This document shows positions 34,701-41,550 of a stretch of 41,550 nt of DNA, in pieces. This stretch comes from a virus. Taxonomy: Duplodnaviria; Caudoviricetes. Made by a program: the position numbers and the translations under genes. Position 1 is the stretch's first letter; each line of letters starts with the position of its first letter. The notes below the pieces were generated by a model. It made no database searches and was not told where the DNA came from. It saw nothing but the letters and a program-made list of their open reading frames with translations. The stretch spans positions 1 to 41,550 of IMG/VR virus record IMGVR_UViG_3300020045_017667; one strand, written 5' to 3'.

Positions 34701-35327
34701 CCACCTATACCTAAATTGGTAGTACCTACGTTTTAAATTATTTGATTTTACTAAATAATCAGTAGTTAAAACAGTTGCGCATTCGCTGGTAGGAGGATAA
34801 TTAATGGCATCGATTACCGAATCGTCAATATAAGGATAGCTATTAACGTTGCCTATATTTTTAGCCTTTAGCAGGTTTAATTTCCTGGGCTTTTTATCAT
34901 CCCTGAAATACAGTACATCCCCGATTACGTGCGCATCGTGGATCTTATTTACAAGCGAGAAGTTAAGTTTGCAATTGTTGCGCCAATACGGGGCTGGATT
35001 GAATAGCAACCGATTTACTTGTTCGGTATAGATATCGTAGCTATAAATAGCGTGTGCCCCGTAATCGCTGTGGATAAACCATATGATCGAGTTTCGCTTT
35101 TCATCGTAACACGACCCTATTTCTGTATTGACTCCATATAATTTATAAGGACCAAGTGTAGTTAGCTGGTTCCCCATATGGTTTGTGGTAGATCCAGCCG
35201 TAGACCGCATAACATCGTCATACCGGGTGTTGCGCTGCAACCTGGTAGATTCAGGAGCAACGTACCTTGGGTCTGAATCCAGATCCATACCAGCGGTAAA
35301 ACGATGTAAGTCGGGTATTTTTGCCAT
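31707..35327 (-). CDS. Tail stabilization/muzzle protein (crAss-like, P22 gp10-like position)
   Basis: F..GMDLDSD.RYV, YQFRYRW.YDD..ES..SP, LAYG..VEGFD, FGLVY.DD.GR, YG...PES, FFFD, EG.WYA, LRG.FM. Confidence 0.8.
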   Translation of the reverse strand: MAKIPDLHRFTAGMDLDSDPRYVAPESTRLQRNTRYDDVMRSTAGSTTNHMGNQLTTLGPYKLYGVNTEIGSCYDEKRNSIIWFIHSDYGAHAIYSYDIYTEQVNRLLFNPAPYWRNNCKLNFSLVNKIHDAHVIGDVLYFRDDKKPRKLNLLKAKNIGNVNSYPYIDDSVIDAINYPPTSECATVLTTDYLVKSNNLKRRYYQFRYRWIYDDYGESVCSPICKSVLAKDGYTYDGSDIFDYVIYNAIDISVKTGSCSVSFIEVMHREGISGDWVLSKVIDKHELSILDDSVYTYRFYGNSVVSAVDQKNINRPFDYLPIQTNSQELIDGKYLAYGGCVEGFDNVPVSCVMGSIKDILPIGVVGLQFFQLQSSNYDVVDGDVTYSVSVLFNDPGIISVLTNDYMMVVEISLFIKYPGETAYTNPVSRSRSYQVNTATNANSVQSFHDYLKGYINSDFSDFSVACDELPPNLISPNPPFPLVPDGAELAITPLIGESVSQGVAKIESRVYFHAIEEGASISEVYGGAKSGCLHRFGLVYSDDAGRLSTVQTNETCEIYIKSTYEVAAGEVSTQSNNFRNIITWGIFHDPPAWATKYHWAYAGRSGVGAFRQYIIGGALGEKAVYNIPNDSSSSYINLSLLNELTFKGTFDSDTGEMTDGSLSVEFPISTSLLHPYIFSPGDRVRFITAPYVNRPGNGGGGFYPLGKRINDYIDVEIIGYAQDTDGDDTNTIRVSRIFVDSNTMNRGSLVEIYSVNKNYSNEVYYEIGETYNIDLTSGVGVHSVQSGSFGAVDVAHILRPMPYRLSPDDSPGHRRFWVESDMYSDFFDSPVFTNGRVNLYDITAKSKFSNVIRRSNPYFAETKTNGLGSFEYDKYLPIDASHGDIRSLSQIGYTLKIVQDRKVTSVYIGKNGLRQAGADGAQVVVATDNVFNTTNPSELPYGSSDPESIVVRERQMFFFDRNSKCIVRDSANGPEDISSLWKISSLVRSIADDIATNGGSVVAGVNNKYGEVVFTFTPTTGDPVTILLSQKYGNAKCLLDYADETGLSPSGYINAGDYFYSFLSGRIWKHDVNPTRGSFFGVNNNMEISFVSNVSPQTVKLYDSIVQNSNKKFTSEEYEDIQIVASENQPLGMVSKLTAYQYKSEEGVWYAPLLRNAVTSSPKPNIMDLINGDPLRGQFMQMTIRNSDTTEVILHSIIINCTHSPLTR

Positions 35328-36085
35328 TATCTCTTAGGGGTTTGCCTTGATTCAGAATAAATTGAGTCCATAGCTTCCTGGAAAGTTGGGAGCGTGTGGA
35401 TGTCGCGCAAGATACTTACCTCTTCGTTAAAGTCTTGCTTAGAGTCCATAATGACTCCACGGGTTTGGTTTCCGAAAGGTTTGCCCTTGGCATCGCGCCA
35501 GTACAGCCACTCCACCAGGGCTGCTTCCGCATACCTTGGGATGTATGTATTGCCGTTCAGAGACACGCCTGTAGATACGTACTCGACAATCATTTCGCTC
35601 CTTGGTACAGACGAGCTAAATTGCAAGATCTTGTTTTCGGAATCGATATTGAAACACCGGTCAGAAAATGATCCGTTTATGCCGTACAGATGGGATATCA
35701 ATAACCCGTCTCGGTAATGGTCAGAAAATAAGTATGGCGAAACGTTCGTATCACCTTCGCTCAGCTCTACCTGTCCATTACTGCCATCCTTATTTATGTA
35801 CAGGCTCTTGTTGCGGCTCAGTACATATATTTTATCCCCTAGCTTGTAGCCAATAGCAATGTAATCAACAAAGTCTGACGGGAGAAATAATTGCCCGGAC
35901 ACATCAGGTATGCCATAATAAGTGGACACGGAGTGCATCTCCGTCATACTTAGGTTTGAAAACCCGCGAATAGCTATCTGCACCAGCCTTTTGTACTGGT
36001 CCATGGTGTAGTTTCTTTCGTTCATGTAATTCCTGACTACATGTTGGATAGATACTACGGCTGGTATATTTTTTATTTCGCTCAT
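35327..36085 (-). CDS. Tail ring/tubular protein
   Basis: LPSDFVDYIAIG, VEYVSTG, IP.YAEAAL..W; directly upstream of muzzle. Confidence 0.7.
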   Translation of the reverse strand: MSEIKNIPAVVSIQHVVRNYMNERNYTMDQYKRLVQIAIRGFSNLSMTEMHSVSTYYGIPDVSGQLFLPSDFVDYIAIGYKLGDKIYVLSRNKSLYINKDGSNGQVELSEGDTNVSPYLFSDHYRDGLLISHLYGINGSFSDRCFNIDSENKILQFSSSVPRSEMIVEYVSTGVSLNGNTYIPRYAEAALVEWLYWRDAKGKPFGNQTRGVIMDSKQDFNEEVSILRDIHTLPTFQEAMDSIYSESRQTPKR

Positions 36086-36660
36086 ACCGGGTTACTCGTA
36101 TTGTCGTTTGACTTCTTTTCCTGTGGTTGACCCTGCAGTAGGTTGATGACTATTTCTATTAGCTGCTCGTCAGCGCTTGCCGGCAAAATAATATCCTCAG
36201 AATCGCCTATGGCCGAAAACGAACGAACCAACCCCATGTTTACGGAAGATATTTCCGCAGGCATATCAATGTACCTTATCAGGCTTGATTCTGCCACGTA
36301 TGAGACTATCGGATCCATCTCCATTACTTCCAACCCATGCAGTACGCCCATAGACGCCCTAGTTATAGGGGCGAACTGTGGCGACATCGTGGAGGTATAA
36401 ACAGACCTTACCCCTGATCCTGGCTCCGACAACGATGTTATCTTCACCGGGAGCAATGAGTATGCCTCCTGGCCTGAAATTGCGATCACAGGTATACTGT
36501 AATACAGTTTTACGTACTGCTCTATCGAAGATGGATCCTTGTCGAATATCATATCCAATAGCTGGCCGTATGCCAACTCTATGTACTTTTCGATAACCTG
36601 CTCATGGACGGGGTTCGGCAACCTTCTGCGCACGAGCTCAACCAACTGTTCTTTTGTCAT
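36082..36660 (-). CDS. Tail ring-type structural protein
   Basis: YSLLP, ILP...EQLIE.V; tandem with paralogous ring genes. Confidence 0.6.
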   Translation of the reverse strand: MTKEQLVELVRRRLPNPVHEQVIEKYIELAYGQLLDMIFDKDPSSIEQYVKLYYSIPVIAISGQEAYSLLPVKITSLSEPGSGVRSVYTSTMSPQFAPITRASMGVLHGLEVMEMDPIVSYVAESSLIRYIDMPAEISSVNMGLVRSFSAIGDSEDIILPASADEQLIEIVINLLQGQPQEKKSNDNTSNPV

Positions 36661-37445
36661 TATTTAGGCATTTCTTTAACATACTGGTTTAACAATTCCG
36701 GGTTCAGGCTAGGAGCCGATACCTGCAGAAGGGCCTGCACGAATCTCATATGGAACCTGTAGTCCCAATCAAGCTCAACGCTCACCGAGTCGTACTGTGT
36801 ACCTGATATTTTGTTGGCATGGAAAACATTGGCCGCAAAGACAGCCGTGCTTCCAGACACGTACATGTTGTTCAAATTGTCAATGAAGCTGTTTGGGGGC
36901 ATATATATTACCTTTCCGGTACTTTCCTGCAGGCAGTAGTCATACACAGGCGTTTTTGGCATCCTTAAATAAGAAAACTCCAACCCGTGAGGAGATATGG
37001 TTGCCACGTCTTTAGGGAAAACGAAAATATTCGGGCCTTCGATAATAGCTGCAGGTTTTATCCCTAGCTGGGATTCAAGCAGCGATGATCTTCGGTTGTT
37101 CATCTCCTCCCTCGTTATAACGTCAATATCCCTGGGGGCTCCCATGTACGTCGAAATTATGCCCACATAATGAACATAATCATCTGGGACATTAGCCTTT
37201 CCAGCGTTTGTGTACAACATGATGTACTGGATGAACCGGAGTATGGCCGATGAGGTGTGGATAGCCCTGTACACAGGAATACCCTGAGTCTTGGCCATTA
37301 CTTCAACCTGCTGGAATTCGTCGTGGAACAACTGCACATTGAACCCCGAAAGCAACGTGTTGTACTGCTCTGGGCCCATGGTATCGCCTGCCTGCGATTT
37401 GCGGATTACGAAATTTACGAAATCCAACACTTGTTGTAAGGTCAT
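36660..37445 (-). CDS. Tail ring protein (paralog of 37442..38146)
   Basis: Shared K....PEQ...LL, F.YLR.P..PVY.Y, SVEL.WD. Confidence 0.72.
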   Translation of the reverse strand: MTLQQVLDFVNFVIRKSQAGDTMGPEQYNTLLSGFNVQLFHDEFQQVEVMAKTQGIPVYRAIHTSSAILRFIQYIMLYTNAGKANVPDDYVHYVGIISTYMGAPRDIDVITREEMNNRRSSLLESQLGIKPAAIIEGPNIFVFPKDVATISPHGLEFSYLRMPKTPVYDYCLQESTGKVIYMPPNSFIDNLNNMYVSGSTAVFAANVFHANKISGTQYDSVSVELDWDYRFHMRFVQALLQVSAPSLNPELLNQYVKEMPK

Positions 37446-38146
37446 ATCCCTTTAGTTTTTACGGTTTCAGCTACCTGCATTATATCTCCCCTGGTGACAA
37501 CTACGCCAACGTCGGAAAGTAGCATGTATAAAATATCTATCTGGTTTGGCTCATCCCATTCCAACTCTACTGAATTGGCAGGATCGTATTGTATGAACCC
37601 ACTATCGGAGGTATAAGCATAAACCGGGTCTACCGGCCTGCGCAAATAGGTGAACTCGACAGACTGCATGTTCTTGGGAGAAAACCGGATATACCCCTTT
37701 TGAAAATTGCATATGGGGTATTTTTTTGATGGAGTTATGATCGAGCTGGACATATAGTCCGACCATCCCGAGTCGGTCAACACCTTCACTTCGTTGTACG
37801 TAAGCGATATTTCCACCACCGGGTACAACAAGCTAAGCGGGTAGAAAAACCCAGTTGGTATCACAGCTTCACCATTTTGGTCTATCTGTAGCTTTGGGGT
37901 ACCGTACCGGCCCATGAACACTTTAAACGGCAACAGGTCATCGGTTATACGTTGCGATATCTCTGGCAATTGTGCCGGAAGCGGACGCCCTGGAGTATAC
38001 TCTTCTGGCAGACCAACCTTGCGCTTGAAGTGTTTTAGATTGGCCATTTTTAGCAGCAACCCCCACTGCTCAGGCACTATATTCACATCAGAGGCTTTAT
38101 CCATAACTAACGTGGAAACAAGTATTCTGAGCTGTTCTAAATTCAT
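37442..38146 (-). CDS. Tail ring protein (paralog of 36660..37445)
   Basis: PEQWGLLL, PSKKYPI, FTYLRRPVDPVYAY, SVELEWD. Confidence 0.72.
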   Translation of the reverse strand: MNLEQLRILVSTLVMDKASDVNIVPEQWGLLLKMANLKHFKRKVGLPEEYTPGRPLPAQLPEISQRITDDLLPFKVFMGRYGTPKLQIDQNGEAVIPTGFFYPLSLLYPVVEISLTYNEVKVLTDSGWSDYMSSSIITPSKKYPICNFQKGYIRFSPKNMQSVEFTYLRRPVDPVYAYTSDSGFIQYDPANSVELEWDEPNQIDILYMLLSDVGVVVTRGDIMQVAETVKTKGI

Positions 38147-38195
38147 TTTACCAGGTTTTTATGTACATACGAAATTAAGGATTTTTTTAATAGGT

Positions 38196-39269
38196 TTACG
38201 CGGTGGAGGTCATTAACGAAAACGATAGGTTTTTTGTGGCTAATTCCTTAACCCATTTAGGGGCATTGTCGCAGCAGATTACGGCCTGGTTGTATTCCAC
38301 AGCTTTAGAGCTATCCCCTAAATAATAGCTACACACAGCATACTCGATATCGATCAGGTATTGATAAATGGCCTTGCTGAAAAATAGTGGTTCGTGCGGA
38401 TACTCCATTCTGGACGCTTTGGCCAAAAATATGTCAGCTACCGTATACATGGATTTGCTGTTATAGAACTTACCCAATTCGTATAAAGAGTCCATCCTAT
38501 CCGGACATGCGTAAAACGCAAGTAAAGAATATTTGATGAAATCAGTTTCATACCCGAGTTGTAGATAGGCAATAGCCGCCTTGTAATACGAAACAAATAC
38601 CTCTTGGCTCCATCCGCCCATAGTAGCCCTGCTCAAATAATATTCCTTAGCCAATATTAATGACCCCATATCCCAATATGAATTAGCCAGGTAAAAAGTC
38701 ATGCGCGGATCTCCTGGATGCGATTTTAGGTACGAAGATATCAACCGTACGTCCCTATCGTACTTTTCATTTATAGTTCCTCCATCGTGCCTGTGATCCA
38801 ATACCAATGAGTCTATAGTACCTGACGTATACGGTTCGTCGCACACAGGTATTTCATGGGTAGGATATTTGTAGTAAAAAGGTTTCGAATTCCTGAAGAT
38901 GACCGGGTACCGATAGTCATTATCCCCCAAATAACTTAAAGAATACATATCTTTCGTTAGCTCGTCTTTTGAAAACAAGCTATCGATCATTACTTCGTCG
39001 GCATCCATAACCAACACATAATCAGACTCAGGAAACTTTTCCCTGGCAAGTTCCAAGTATCTGGTCCTTGACATAGCGAAATCCTCGAACTCGCCGTACT
39101 CGATGTGTCCAGGTATACCAGCAAGACAGGCTCGCGCAATTTGAGGAGTATCATCCTCACTTCCCGTATCAAATATCACAAATGAATCTATCAAATGCAT
39201 TACCGACAATAAGGCTCTGGCTATAACCTTAGATTCGTTCTTGACTATCATTGCCAATGTTATCTTCAT
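38196..39269 (-). CDS. GT2 glycosyltransferase with TPR domain (start revised to 39269)
   Basis: LAMIVKNE, FDTGSEDDT, DFA..R, MDADE, THE; TPR-like FYLANSY..A..YY. Confidence 0.9.
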   Translation of the reverse strand: MKITLAMIVKNESKVIARALLSVMHLIDSFVIFDTGSEDDTPQIARACLAGIPGHIEYGEFEDFAMSRTRYLELAREKFPESDYVLVMDADEVMIDSLFSKDELTKDMYSLSYLGDNDYRYPVIFRNSKPFYYKYPTHEIPVCDEPYTSGTIDSLVLDHRHDGGTINEKYDRDVRLISSYLKSHPGDPRMTFYLANSYWDMGSLILAKEYYLSRATMGGWSQEVFVSYYKAAIAYLQLGYETDFIKYSLLAFYACPDRMDSLYELGKFYNSKSMYTVADIFLAKASRMEYPHEPLFFSKAIYQYLIDIEYAVCSYYLGDSSKAVEYNQAVICCDNAPKWVKELATKNLSFSLMTSTA

Positions 39270-39282
39270 GGTCTTTTTTTTG

Positions 39283-39290
39283 CAAATATA
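39283..39290 (-). promoter_or_regulatory. Bacteroidota -7 box
   Basis: TATATTTG(CA) 13 nt upstream of ATG 39269, downstream of terminator. Confidence 0.6.
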
Positions 39291-39322
39291 CAACACAATG
39301 TTAAATAACAGGCTATTTATTT

Positions 39323-39358
39323 AACAAAAAAAGGGGCTCGTAGGCCCCTTTTTTTGTT
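39323..39358. terminator. Bidirectional intrinsic terminator
   Basis: AACAAAAAAAGGGGC-TCGTAG-GCCCCTTTTTTTGTT perfect inverted repeat. Confidence 0.88.
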
Positions 39359-39371
39359 GTTTTGATAATAT

Positions 39372-41550
<2,179 letters not shown>

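Noticed and set aside
21675-38216. Many plus-strand ORFs opposite structural genes
   Set aside because: Fully nested antisense to long genes with recognisable motifs, with no leaders or motifs of their own.

Overview
This window is part of a lytic-looking, podovirus-type phage of a Bacteroidota host, related to Crassvirales. The host call rests on TAnnTTTG -7 promoter boxes, SD-less A-rich leaders and signal peptides cleaved before Gln. The plus strand (about 180-6394) is an early/host-takeover region of small genes, including a candidate T3-like SAM lyase and a divergent PdxH. The minus strand (41550 to 6375) carries, in transcription order: a Gly-X-Thr collagen fibre, a GT2-TPR glycosyltransferase, four ring/tubular-type proteins, a muzzle/stabilization protein, three ejection/cargo proteins (one a 2595-aa polyvalent protein with zincin, CmoA-like methyltransferase and GNAT-like domains), an HNH nuclease, a lysis cassette, a Prim-Pol/helicase, a recombination module and a moron-like BNR/LamG protein. 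The most striking feature is 11 miniature tRNA mimics (43-54 nt; acceptor-like stem, T-arm, usually a D-loop-like GG linker, R-C-(A/C/T)-(A/G) end, no canonical anticodon arm). They sit at every uncoupled gene junction from 183 to 4964, suggesting tRNA-like punctuation of a phage early transcript and/or a cassette-shuffling system. All protein calls come from motif recognition by eye; no searches were run.
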